From Halarcobacter sp. (GTDB taxonomy: Bacteria > Campylobacterota > Campylobacteria > Campylobacterales > Arcobacteraceae), in contig OY781089.1 of NCBI GenBank assembly GCA_963676565.1, positions 2,048,001-2,112,000 on the forward strand: a DNA stretch of 64,000 nucleotides. Direction: 5' to 3'. Made by a program: the position numbers and the translations under genes. Below are positions 1 through 14,417 of this stretch, in pieces (within the stretch, counting starts at the first letter, position 1; every line of letters begins with the position of its first letter). Under the pieces are notes generated by a model. It did not search any database. It was given only the letters and a program-made list of their open reading frames with translations, and had not been told where the DNA came from.

Positions 1-152
1 TTTTAAAATTAAAAGATTTTAAAAATAAAACTTTAGTTGTATATACTGAAGGACAGAGTAATCAATCACAAATTCAAGATGAGTTTAATTTTACTTATAA
101 AAAACCAGATGAATTAACTTTAATCTCTGATTTTATTAAAGGGGAAAGATAA
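1..152 (+). CDS. 3' end of a gene truncated by the window edge (possibly the receiver-like tail of a hybrid kinase)
   Basis: Open frame from nt 3 (LKLKDFKNK...FNFTYKKPDELTLISDFIKGER*). Its TAA at 150-152 overlaps the ATG of the next gene. The tail loosely resembles the degenerate REC tail of the kinase at 723-2528. Confidence 0.55.
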   Translation, partial: LKLKDFKNKTLVVYTEGQSNQSQIQDEFNFTYKKPDELTLISDFIKGER

Positions 153-733
153 TGGAAAAATTCAATATTTTAATTGTTGATGATATAGAAGCAAATCTAT
201 TTTCTTTGAATTTACTTTTAGAAAATAGTTTTGATAATGTAAATGTGATAAATGCAACAAGTGTAAAAGATGCAATTAAACAGATAATGAAGCATAATGT
301 AGATTTAGTTTTAACTGATATACAAATGCCAGAAGCTAGTGGATATGATTTGGCTGAATATTTACTAAGTATTGAAGAAACAAAAGATATCCCTATTATT
401 ATGATTTCAGGGATTTATGAAGATGATATTTATAAAAAGAAAGCTTTTAATAGTTCTAAAAATGTAGTTGATTTTATAACAAAGCCCATTGATGATGAGT
501 TATTAGTTCAAAAATTAAAAGCATTTATAAATATAATAAGTTCTATGAAGGAAAATAAAATCAAGTTAGAGGAAAAAGAATTAGAATTAAAAAGAGATAG
601 AAAAATCACTAATATGCTTGATACAATTGAAGAACACTTTGACAATAAAATAGAAATAAATGAAGATGAAGTTTATGAATATCTAATTAAAGAGGATGAT
701 TTAATTAATCTTGACGATATTATTAAGAAATAA
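152..733 (+). CDS. Response regulator (REC domain plus coiled-coil tail)
   Basis: ILIVDD, DLVLTDIQMP (phospho-Asp), IIMIS and FITKP receiver motifs. Confidence 0.9.
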   Translation: MEKFNILIVDDIEANLFSLNLLLENSFDNVNVINATSVKDAIKQIMKHNVDLVLTDIQMPEASGYDLAEYLLSIEETKDIPIIMISGIYEDDIYKKKAFNSSKNVVDFITKPIDDELLVQKLKAFINIISSMKENKIKLEEKELELKRDRKITNMLDTIEEHFDNKIEINEDEVYEYLIKEDDLINLDDIIKK

Positions 734-2528
734 GATCTCTTATTTCTTCTTCTTTAAAGGGTTTTTCAAAATAAAAATCAAAATTTGTTGAGATAATATT
801 TTTTGAAGTTGAATTTTTATCTATAATTGCAATTATCTTTTTTTCATACTCTTTTAGTTTTAATATCTCTACTGTACCTAAATTACTAAAGTCAACTATA
901 ATATAATCGAAGTCATTTTTACTTATATTTTCAAATAATTCTTTTGATGTTGATACTGAATTAACAATATAATCGTTTTTTAATTTGATAGTTAAATTAA
1001 TAAAGTTCAACGGGTCATGGTTAAGAATTAAAATTTTTTTATCTTTTATTTTATTCTTGTTTTTTGTTTTTTCAATTAATTTATGGTCTAATTTATCTTC
1101 ATTTATTAAAATTGAAAATTTAAAAGTAGAGCCAATATCTTTGGCACTTTCAACACTAATATCTCCACCAAGCAGATTTGTAAGTTGTTTTGAAATTGCT
1201 AAGCCAAGACCTGTTCCTCCAAACTTTCTAGTTGTACTTCCATCTGCTTGTTTAAATCTATCAAAAACTCTTTCAAGCTTTTCTTGCGCAATTCCAATCC
1301 CTGTATCTTCTACACTTACATCTAAAAACTTATCGTTTTTCTCAACAGAAATTTTTATAAAACCTTCATGGGTAAATTTAAATGCATTGCTAAGGAGATT
1401 TTTTACAATTTGTTTTAACCTTAATTCATCAGTATGTATAAATCCAATATCTTTATCACATATTAATTCAAAGTCAAAAGATTTAAGCTTGGCTTGCATT
1501 TTAAAGCCATCATAGATTTCTGTAAAAAAGTTAAAAACATCAATATCATCATTATTTATACTTATTTCTCCAGCCTCAAGTTTTGAAATATCCAAAACAT
1601 CATTTATAAGCTCTAATAAGTCTTTACCTGCCTTATTTATTATATTGATATTTTGTATATCTTTTTCCTTTAAGTTTCCACTTTTATTTTTTGACATAAC
1701 TGAACTTATTACATTTATAGAGTTTAATGGTGTTTTTAATTCATGACTCATATTTGCTAGAAAATCATCTTTTTCTTTATTTGCTAATTCTAACTCTTTT
1801 TTTTGTGATTCAAGTTTATTAGTTAAATCTTTAAGTTTTTTTGTCCTATTTAAAAGGTTTTCTTGCATGTAAACAAAAGATTTGGATAAAGAACCAATCT
1901 CATCATGGGTATTTGTATATGGTATTTTAGGGTATTTATTTTTACCAATATCTATTGCTATATCAGATAATCTAGTTAACTTTCTTGTTAGTTTTGAACC
2001 AATAAGAAAAGATAGAATTGTTGAAATTAATATTTCAATAAATATGATTATTAAAGTTTTTTCTTTATTGTTTTGTATAAATTGATTATTTTCTGAAAGG
2101 TCAAAAACTAAATACATAGAACCTAAAGTTGTATCTTCCTCTTTTAATTCAATATATTTAACTTTATAAACTTTATCTTCAAAATTTAAGGTTTTGTCTT
2201 CTTTTATTTTTATTAGCTCTTCACTGTTCATATTTTCAAATTTGTATGAGCTTGATACTATTTTCTTTTGGTTGTTTAATAACATAATTGAGTTTAGTAT
2301 TGTGTCATCTTGGGCTTTTTCAATTATATTATCTAAGGTTGCTAAATCATATATACTTAATGGTACTTTTACTAAATCCATTAGGAATCTTGTTTTTGAG
2401 TTTATATTGTCATTTATTAGTTTATTTGATGAATCAACAATTGCTATAAAGTTTATTGAAACAATTAAGGTGATAAAAAAGATCTCAAGTAAAACAAATG
2501 AGATTATAAATCTATATTTAAATGACAT
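723..2528 (-). CDS. Hybrid sensor histidine kinase (2 TM, HAMP, HisKA, HATPase, degenerate REC)
   Basis: [13 protein letters not shown]-box, NLLSNAFKFT, DTGIGI and GGTGLGL boxes. Confidence 0.92.
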   Translation of the reverse strand: MSFKYRFIISFVLLEIFFITLIVSINFIAIVDSSNKLINDNINSKTRFLMDLVKVPLSIYDLATLDNIIEKAQDDTILNSIMLLNNQKKIVSSSYKFENMNSEELIKIKEDKTLNFEDKVYKVKYIELKEEDTTLGSMYLVFDLSENNQFIQNNKEKTLIIIFIEILISTILSFLIGSKLTRKLTRLSDIAIDIGKNKYPKIPYTNTHDEIGSLSKSFVYMQENLLNRTKKLKDLTNKLESQKKELELANKEKDDFLANMSHELKTPLNSINVISSVMSKNKSGNLKEKDIQNINIINKAGKDLLELINDVLDISKLEAGEISINNDDIDVFNFFTEIYDGFKMQAKLKSFDFELICDKDIGFIHTDELRLKQIVKNLLSNAFKFTHEGFIKISVEKNDKFLDVSVEDTGIGIAQEKLERVFDRFKQADGSTTRKFGGTGLGLAISKQLTNLLGGDISVESAKDIGSTFKFSILINEDKLDHKLIEKTKNKNKIKDKKILILNHDPLNFINLTIKLKNDYIVNSVSTSKELFENISKNDFDYIIVDFSNLGTVEILKLKEYEKKIIAIIDKNSTSKNIISTNFDFYFEKPFKEEEIRDLIS

Positions 2529-2538
2529 TCAATCTCTT

Positions 2539-3321
2539 TTATAGTGATTTAACAGATTTTATAATTTCATATTCATCTGAGTTTGTTTTTATGAATTTTT
2601 TGATACTTAAGGTTTTTGTTAAATCCTTAGGCATCGATAAAAATGCATCTTCTATTTTTTTAACAATATCTTTATTTAATCTTGGATGAAAGGCAATGGG
2701 ATGACTTGGATACTCATTTGTTTTATAGATAATATTTAGCTTATCTTTATCATTTTTATCTATAAAGTTATTAAAGGTTCTAATAATTCCTCCACCTATA
2801 TATCCAATATCCCTAGAGATTCCTTTATAAACAGAATCATGAGAATTTACATACAAAACTTTTGCTTCCTTATCAATATCAAAATTAAATTGATTTTTTA
2901 ATTCAAACTTTGTTAGAAGTGTTGCTGCAAAGGCATTTGGAGCAGGGAATAAAAAAGTTTTTCCTTTTAGATTTTCTTTTGTAAAAGGTATACTTTTTTC
3001 TTTTGCTAATAAAATACCAACAATACTCTTATTTGCTCTAGTTATAGCTTCATAGTTTTGTTTATGATTTGCAACTACAAAATGATAGGGATTCATATAA
3101 GCTATATCATATGCTCCACTATATAGTTTTTTTTCAAAGGTAGGGATTGATTTTTCAGTTTTAAATATTATTTCATAACCAGTTTTCTCTTTTAAATAAC
3201 TTGTTACTTTTGACCATTTTTTAGCTAATTTTAAAGGACTTTGTTGAGGAACCACGCCTAATGTTATTGTTTGTGCAAACATCAAAGTAGACGCGATTAA
3301 AATTAAAAATAACTTTTTCAT
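2539..3321 (-). CDS. PhnD-like (phosphate/phosphite/phosphonate) periplasmic substrate-binding protein
   Basis: Signal peptide; TLGVVPQQSP, DIAYMNPYH, FPAPNAFAA and SHDSV motifs; no permease or ATPase adjacent. Confidence 0.8.
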   Translation of the reverse strand: MKKLFLILIASTLMFAQTITLGVVPQQSPLKLAKKWSKVTSYLKEKTGYEIIFKTEKSIPTFEKKLYSGAYDIAYMNPYHFVVANHKQNYEAITRANKSIVGILLAKEKSIPFTKENLKGKTFLFPAPNAFAATLLTKFELKNQFNFDIDKEAKVLYVNSHDSVYKGISRDIGYIGGGIIRTFNNFIDKNDKDKLNIIYKTNEYPSHPIAFHPRLNKDIVKKIEDAFLSMPKDLTKTLSIKKFIKTNSDEYEIIKSVKSL

Positions 3322-3394
3322 AATTTATCTTCTCCCAATATTATATTTAACTATAATTTAGCTAAAAATCGTATCATAATAATATTATTTTGAA

Positions 3395-5353
<1,959 letters not shown>

Positions 5354-5443
5354 TTATATATTTTCTTCAATTGATTTAATTATTTTCTTTTATGAAAACT
5401 AAATTATACAAAAACTAAGATATAATTAACTTTTGGAGGGAAA

Positions 5444-5791
5444 ATGACTTACGAAGAGATATTTATACTTGGTTGGAATTTGAATTTATTTATGTTTTTT
5501 TTAAATTTTTCAATTGCAATTGGAACTATGAGTAAAAGAAGTAAAGACCAACTTTACAAAGAAAATCAAATACTTAGTAACTTAAAAGAGGAGTTTGATA
5601 AATACTATCCTTATAGAAAATATGAAACATTTGTTACCTATCTTATTCCCTTTACTGCTTTTTTTAGAATGTCTTATAGACTTTTAGAGATGAGAGCTTT
5701 TTTTAATAGAAATAAAGGATGTACAATATTTGATTATATGGTTTATAAATATCAATCAGATATAACATTGGCAAAAAATAAATTAAGATAA
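5444..5791 (+). CDS. Hypothetical membrane protein
   Basis: GGAGG RBS, hydrophobic N-terminus; first gene of a three-gene coupled run. Confidence 0.7.
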   Translation: MTYEEIFILGWNLNLFMFFLNFSIAIGTMSKRSKDQLYKENQILSNLKEEFDKYYPYRKYETFVTYLIPFTAFFRMSYRLLEMRAFFNRNKGCTIFDYMVYKYQSDITLAKNKLR

Positions 5792-5793
5792 TA

Positions 5794-6548
5794 ATGTCAT
5801 CTATTTTTATAAAGAGTAATCCCTTTGATAATGATTCTTTAATTAAAGAGGTTAAAGGGCTTAATCTAATAAAAGAAAATTTATTAAAATCTAACAACAA
5901 TTATCTAAAAACCCCTGAGATTATTAGTGTAAACAAAAATGAAATTCAAATGAAGAATATTGAAACTTCATTTGAAAATAAAAATTTAATTGAAAATCTG
6001 GCTCTTGGATTAGCAAAATTACATGAACAAAAAAATAGATTTTATGGTTTAGAATATGACAATTATATTGGTTTAAATCCTCAAAAAAATATTATTAGTA
6101 ATAATTGGGGTGAATTTTTTACTGAATTTAGATTAGCCTATCAAATAAGTTTAATAAAAGATAAACAAATAAAACAGGATTTTGAAAATTTTTTAGATGA
6201 AAACTTAAAAAAAATAGAAAAGTTTTTAAATGAAACTACAAGCCATGCATCACTAGTGCATGGAGATTTATGGTCAGGTAATGTTCTTTTTTCTAAAGAT
6301 GATGTTTATTTAATTGACCCAGCTGTTTATTATGCCGATAGAGAAGTGGATATTGCTATGACAGAGCTTTTTGGTGGGTTTAATAACACTTTTTATGAAA
6401 TTTATAATACTTATTTACCCTTAAGTAAGAGTTATAATATAAAAAAAATCATTTATAATTTATATCACTATTTAAATCATTATAATCTATTTGGAAATTC
6501 ATATTTAAATAGTTGTGTATCTAGTCTAAAATTTATAAATGAAAAAAT

Positions 6549-6552
<4 letters not shown>
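5794..6552 (+). CDS. Fructosamine-3-kinase family protein
   Basis: DNYIG, LVHGDLWSGN, IDPA and DREVDIAMTELFGGF motifs. Confidence 0.92.
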
Positions 6553-9313
<2,761 letters not shown>

Positions 9314-9317
9314 TCAC

Positions 9318-9406
9318 AATCTCTTCCTTACGCTAGTATTAACTAGTTCAAGTTCAATGGGACAAGCAAGAATGCAATCTCAGCCATAAAGGCGCCCCAA
9401 GAGTTG
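9318..9406 (-). promoter_or_regulatory. TPP riboswitch
   Basis: Minus strand reads CTCTTGGGGCGCC...GGCTGAGA...CCCATTGAACTTGAACTAGTTAATACTAGCGTAAGGAAGAG, matching the TPP aptamer core (GGGG..GCTGAGA, CCC, TGA..TAAT..AGCG.A.GGA), directly upstream of thiC. Confidence 0.93.
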
Positions 9407-9573
9407 ATGAAAAATTATAATTCAATGAGTCTAAAGTCTCACTTAAGCTTAAAGAATCAGGTTTCAATTATTTTACTCTTTAAAAGATAAGTAATTTTTT
9501 TATCTTTCTAGTAACCCCAATGTAACTATACTTTACTATTATTATCCATAAAAAATAATCTTAGGAAAAACAT

Positions 9574-12540
9574 ATGAATTTTTTTACTAATGTCTCTTTA
9601 CGAAATAAAATACTTTTTACATTAGCAATACCAATACTTTTAGTAATATTACTTGCGTATACTCTTTTTATAGAAAAAATAGAAAAACAAAATTCAATTA
9701 ATCATACAAAAGAATATCTAGGTTTTACTATTAGTTCAGCAAAACTATCAGTAAATTTACAAAAAGAGAGTGAATATAGTATAGAATTTATTGATTCATA
9801 TGGTAAAGGTTCAAAGGATAAATTAAAAATAATCCAAAGTGAAGTTGATGAAAATATTTTAGCATTACAAAAAAATATTAAATTAATTGAGAATGATGAA
9901 AAGTCATTTTCTAGCAAAATAATTAAATTAAAAAAGTTACTTAAAGAAAAAGAAAATATTCGAAAACAAGTAAAAGAGCTTGCAATTAGTAGTGATGAAT
10001 TAAGTAGCTATTATAAAAAATTTGTAGAAATCTTATTGTCTTTTATGGATGATGTTGTAACTTATAGCAATGATGGTGAATTATCAAAGAAGTTACAATC
10101 TTATATATTTTTAGTACATTTTCTAATAAATGCCGAAGAGGAAAGAATGTTGGTAAAAAATATTTTTGATAAGGGGGTTTTATTAAATAATGATAATATG
10201 GAATTTAATAAACTTGTTACAAATCAAAATATATTTTTAGGTCAATTTAAAAAAATTGCTTCTGCTGATAGTCTTAAATATAGTGACGATGAAAAAAAGT
10301 GTGAAAAATGTAAAGAGTTAAATAAGTTTAGAACTATACTTTTTGATAAAAGTTTAAAAGACCAAATTATAAGTGATATCTATGCACATGCTGGGTTTGG
10401 TGGACTTATTCATAATTATAAAAACTATTTAGTTAGAAATGATAACAAATCCTTAAATAATGTTCAGAAGTATCACACAGCGATAAAAAGAAGTGTTAAC
10501 AAATATAGAAGATTAAAAGGTATAACAAAAGAGGAAAAGAGGCTATTAAAAGTTATTAAAAATAGTTTTGATTCTTATATGGGAAATGTATTAGATATTT
10601 CTGATTCATTATCACAAGGTAAAACGATTAAAGAAATTGATGAAATCGTTAAGTTAGATACAACTAAAACAGTACAATCTCTAAAAAAGTTAAATCAAAA
10701 TATTTTTGGAGCCCAAAAAGAAAAATGGATTGAAGTATCTACTTCAAGAATCAATTACTATGAAAAGTTGGTAGATAGATTAACTTTAGATATAAATAAG
10801 TATATAGAAACGAAAAACTCTCAACTAAATAATGAATTTATTTTCTTTGGAATATTTTTGATTGTTATGTTAGTAATTATTTTTATCATTAGTACACTTA
10901 TGACTAAAAAAATTGTTTCAAGTTTAAAAGTTTTTAAACAAGGACTTGAATATTTCTTCCAATATGTAATTAGAGAAAAAGATTATTTAAAACCAATGGA
11001 AGTAAAAGGGAATGATGAATTTGCTCAAATGACACATGATATGAATTTACAAATTGAAAAGATTCAAAAAATTATTGAGCAAGATAAAAAGGTAGTAAAT
11101 GAGATTACTGATGTAATTGTAAAAGTTTCTAATGGATTTTTAGAGTATAGCTTACATGAAAAAGGTGCAACACAAGAGGTTGAATCTTTAAGGCTGATTA
11201 TTAATAAAATGATATCTTATACAAAAAATAAAGTTGATAATATAAATCTTTTACTTGATAATTATGCACTTGGTAAATATAACTTTAGATTAAGTGAAGA
11301 GCAAAGGGTAGGGATGTATGGTAATTTTGGTACCCTTTCAACTAGAACAGTTTTATTAGGACAATCTATTTCTCAGTTAATTGCAATGATTACAAATGCG
11401 GGAAATGAATTAAAAAATAATACTCAAACTCTTACAACTTCATCTCAAATGTTATCAAATAGTTCAAATGAACAGGCAAGTTCATTAGAACAAACAGCAG
11501 CTTCAATTGAACAAATTACTTCAAATATGAAAAGTAGCTCAAAGGATGTTACTGAGATGTTGAGAATTGCAGATGATTTAAGTACTAGTGCAAATATAGG
11601 AAATGAATTAGCATCAAAAACTTCAAGCTCTATGGATGAGATAAATGAAAAAGTTAGTGCTATTAGTGAAGCTATAGCAGTAATTGATCAAATTGCATTT
11701 CAAACAAATATTCTTTCATTAAATGCAGCTGTTGAAGCAGCAACCGCTGGGGAAGCTGGAAAAGGATTTGCAGTAGTTGCAGGGGAAGTAAGAAATTTAG
11801 CAAATAGAAGTGCAGATGCAGCAAATGAGATTAAAAAACTTGTAGAAGATGCAAGTAAAAAATCAAATGAAGGTAAAACCATAGCCAATGATATGATAAC
11901 TGGCTACGATAATCTTTCTTCAAAAATCATTGATACAAGAAAGATAATTGATAATGTTACCCTTGCCATAAAAGAGCAAGAAAGTGGTATGATTCAAGTA
12001 AATGATGCTATTAATTTAATAGATCAAATGACACAAAAAAATGCACAAACATCCCATGAGATAGATTTACTATCACAAGAAGTTTCAAAGCTGTCAAATA
12101 GACTATTAGGGATAACTAAACAAACAAATATTAATGATAAATACTATGATATGGTTGATGATATACAAATTATTTCTGATGTTTCAAAGTATAAAAATGA
12201 TCATATTAACTTTAAAAGAAGATATTTTAAAGAACTAGATTCATACTCTTCAATAAATGTAGTTGATTGTAAGTCTTGTAACTTAGGTAAGTGGATTGTT
12301 GATAATGAAAATATGCAAAAAGAGTTTGTATTCTCTAATGAATGGAAAAAATTAAAAGATTATCATCAATCATTACATGATGAAGTTCAAAACTATATAA
12401 ATCTAAATCATAAAAAAGTAGACAATAAACAGTTAAAGAACTCAGCTTCATTAATTGAAAAATATACAGAAGAGATATTTAAAAGTTTGAATGAGATACT
12501 TCATATAAATACTATAAATATAAGAAATAAAGCTAGTTAA
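9574..12540 (+). CDS. Methyl-accepting chemotaxis protein with split NIT-like sensor and C-terminal CZB zinc-binding domain
   Basis: 2 TM segments; [27 protein letters not shown] signalling tip; CZB H...CNLGKW...H...H. Confidence 0.9.
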   Translation: MNFFTNVSLRNKILFTLAIPILLVILLAYTLFIEKIEKQNSINHTKEYLGFTISSAKLSVNLQKESEYSIEFIDSYGKGSKDKLKIIQSEVDENILALQKNIKLIENDEKSFSSKIIKLKKLLKEKENIRKQVKELAISSDELSSYYKKFVEILLSFMDDVVTYSNDGELSKKLQSYIFLVHFLINAEEERMLVKNIFDKGVLLNNDNMEFNKLVTNQNIFLGQFKKIASADSLKYSDDEKKCEKCKELNKFRTILFDKSLKDQIISDIYAHAGFGGLIHNYKNYLVRNDNKSLNNVQKYHTAIKRSVNKYRRLKGITKEEKRLLKVIKNSFDSYMGNVLDISDSLSQGKTIKEIDEIVKLDTTKTVQSLKKLNQNIFGAQKEKWIEVSTSRINYYEKLVDRLTLDINKYIETKNSQLNNEFIFFGIFLIVMLVIIFIISTLMTKKIVSSLKVFKQGLEYFFQYVIREKDYLKPMEVKGNDEFAQMTHDMNLQIEKIQKIIEQDKKVVNEITDVIVKVSNGFLEYSLHEKGATQEVESLRLIINKMISYTKNKVDNINLLLDNYALGKYNFRLSEEQRVGMYGNFGTLSTRTVLLGQSISQLIAMITNAGNELKNNTQTLTTSSQMLSNSSNEQASSLEQTAASIEQITSNMKSSSKDVTEMLRIADDLSTSANIGNELASKTSSSMDEINEKVSAISEAIAVIDQIAFQTNILSLNAAVEAATAGEAGKGFAVVAGEVRNLANRSADAANEIKKLVEDASKKSNEGKTIANDMITGYDNLSSKIIDTRKIIDNVTLAIKEQESGMIQVNDAINLIDQMTQKNAQTSHEIDLLSQEVSKLSNRLLGITKQTNINDKYYDMVDDIQIISDVSKYKNDHINFKRRYFKELDSYSSINVVDCKSCNLGKWIVDNENMQKEFVFSNEWKKLKDYHQSLHDEVQNYINLNHKKVDNKQLKNSASLIEKYTEEIFKSLNEILHINTINIRNKAS

Positions 12541-12638
12541 AAAAGAAATTAGCATTATTTTCTTTTTTTTAGTTGTGTGATAAAGAAAATTTTAAGAAAA
12601 GAAGAGTAAAATAATTTTATAAGTAATTAAGGTTTAGC

Positions 12639-12998
12639 ATGACTATTTTCCCTGTAGATTCAGTGAGTGAAAATTCAATAATATCAACCTCTTTAGAAAA
12701 AGCAAAATATTTTGTAGTTTATAATAAAAATAGTATAAAAATTGAGCCAAACCCAAGTACATATGGAGTTGAATTACTTCAATGGCTTGATGATAAGGGT
12801 GTATGTTCTATTATAATTAAAGAGATGGAAGTAAATCCCTATAATAAATTAAAAAACTCTCGTATAAAAATATATCATGTGGGAGATGAACTTAAGAATA
12901 TAAATGAAATAATCCACAGTTATAAAAATAAAGAATTAAAACTTTTAAATAAAGATAAAATGTTAGAAATAGTAAAACTACATGAAAGTAGAATATAA
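12639..12998 (+). CDS. NifB/NifX (FeMo-cofactor-binding-like) family protein, divergent
   Basis: Size and pattern (IFPV...IS...KAKYF...NP...G..L..L...GV..II..MG-like); the usual HFG/FG motif is missing. Confidence 0.6.
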   Translation: MTIFPVDSVSENSIISTSLEKAKYFVVYNKNSIKIEPNPSTYGVELLQWLDDKGVCSIIIKEMEVNPYNKLKNSRIKIYHVGDELKNINEIIHSYKNKELKLLNKDKMLEIVKLHESRI

Positions 12999-13079
12999 AT
13001 GAAATAAAATAGTTTTATATATTTCTTTCTTTAATTATTTTAAATATATAATGTAATACATTTTTTAAAGGACGTTAAA

Positions 13080-13289
13080 ATGGAAATTAGTAAATTATTT
13101 AAGGAACTAAATATTTGTTGTCACTCATTTGATGATAAAAAAAAGTTGATTAAAAAAATTGAAAAAAAGATAGATGATAAAGGCTATTCTTATAAAGTTA
13201 CCTCTGAAGCTATTAAAATTATTAAAGCATTAAAAGAGAAAAAAGTCTCTTTTAAAGAGCTAAAAGATAATTGTATAGAAATAAACTAA
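13080..13289 (+). CDS. Small basic hypothetical protein
   Basis: AAGGA RBS, upstream TATAAT, 69 aa. Confidence 0.6.
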   Translation: MEISKLFKELNICCHSFDDKKKLIKKIEKKIDDKGYSYKVTSEAIKIIKALKEKKVSFKELKDNCIEIN

Positions 13290-13549
13290 GAAATCTCTTT
13301 TTTACTTGCAAAACCTGCATTTGGTTTTGATTTTGCTTCTAATTCTAAAGAGTTGATTAACTCTTTATAATCAATGCCTGCTTTGTTCATATGAGCGAAG
13401 CAAGTAACAACTGATGCTATTGTATTAGGAATTGCATCTTTTTTCTTATATGACTGTATGTTCTTTTCACTAACTTTAATTAATTTACAAAACTTTGGGA
13501 TTGTAAGTTCTGCATCTAATAATGTTTTTTTAAACTCAATAAATGTCAT
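13286..13549 (-). CDS. Small HTH (XRE-like) DNA-binding protein
   Basis: LTIPKFCKLIKVSEKNIQSYKKK helix-turn-helix-like pattern. Confidence 0.6.
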   Translation of the reverse strand: MTFIEFKKTLLDAELTIPKFCKLIKVSEKNIQSYKKKDAIPNTIASVVTCFAHMNKAGIDYKELINSLELEAKSKPNAGFASKKEIS

Positions 13550-13670
13550 TTTAAACTCTTTTGTAAAATTTTATATAGAATAATAACATAATTTATTTTA
13601 AATTAATTTATTATATATAATAGTTATATAATATTACTTTATGTAATAAGAAAAACAAAAAGGACTTGCC

Positions 13671-13859
13671 ATGGCAAAAGAATTAAAGAAAAAAGTAATC
13701 GCAAAAGTTGCTAAAAAAGCTGTAAAAAAAGCAGATATCAAAAAGAAAAATGCACCTGCTGCAGTAAAAGTTGTTAAAAAAGCTGTTGCTAAAAAAGCTC
13801 CAACAAAATTAAAAGTTGCTAAAAAATTAGCTAAAAAAGCTGTTAAGAAAGCTGCATAA
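13671..13859 (+). CDS. Lys/Ala-rich histone-H1-like small basic protein
   Basis: 25 Lys and 16 Ala in 62 aa; AKKAVKK repeats; AAGGA RBS; own terminator. Confidence 0.75.
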   Translation: MAKELKKKVIAKVAKKAVKKADIKKKNAPAAVKVVKKAVAKKAPTKLKVAKKLAKKAVKKAA

Positions 13860-13861
13860 TT

Positions 13862-13885
13862 TATAGAAGGGTTATCCCTTCTATA
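13862..13885. terminator. Bidirectional intrinsic terminator hairpin
   Basis: TATAGAAGGG-TTAT-CCCTTCTATA between convergent genes. Confidence 0.75.
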
Positions 13886-13886
13886 T

Positions 13887-14312
13887 TTATTTATTATTTT
13901 CAATAAATTCTAAGATATGGTTTTTAATTGTATCTTTTACAATTTTTGTTTTATTTAATTTTTCTTCATCTGATCCAGTAAATGAGCTTGGATCAGTAAA
14001 ACTCCAATTTATTTTATTATTTACACCTGGAAACAAAGGACATCTTTCAGATGCTTCTTCATCACATACAGTAATTACATAATTATAAGTTTTACCTTCT
14101 TTAAATAAATCAAAAGCAGACCTAGTCTCTTTTTCAGAAATATCTATTCCTTCATCTTCTTTTAATAGTTTAACTACAATAGGATTTAATGTCCCTGGTT
14201 CAAGTCCTGCACTCTCAGCAATAAATTTATCTGAAGCATATTTTCTTAATAGCTCTTCAGCCATTTGACTTCTTGCACTGTTATGAATACATACAAATAG
14301 TACTTTTTTCAA
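13887..14312 (-). CDS. arsC: Arsenate reductase, LMW-PTP/thioredoxin type
   Basis: CIHNSARSQMAE P-loop, ESAG, ITVC...CPLFPG and W.F.DP. Confidence 0.85.
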   Translation of the reverse strand: MKKVLFVCIHNSARSQMAEELLRKYASDKFIAESAGLEPGTLNPIVVKLLKEDEGIDISEKETRSAFDLFKEGKTYNYVITVCDEEASERCPLFPGVNNKINWSFTDPSSFTGSDEEKLNKTKIVKDTIKNHILEFIENNK

Positions 14313-14417
14313 TCTGATTTCCTTTAAAATTTTTAAAAGGAATTATACTTATAAAAAATTACAAAAAAACTACTCAAATATTTTAATAATTTAAACAAAA
14401 TATATTTTCTATGATGT

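Noticed and set aside
9511..9526. GTAAC-N6-GTAAC direct repeat upstream of the NIT chemoreceptor
   Set aside because: Compatible with an OmpR-type site but too short to support in AT-rich DNA
12639..12998. Nitrogen fixation inferred from the NifB/NifX-like gene
   Set aside because: No other nif genes in the window; stand-alone members of this family are widespread
13634..13903. 89-aa hydrophobic minus-strand ORF
   Set aside because: Antisense shadow of the Lys/Ala-rich gene (AAA read as TTT); the plus-strand ORF has the RBS and terminator
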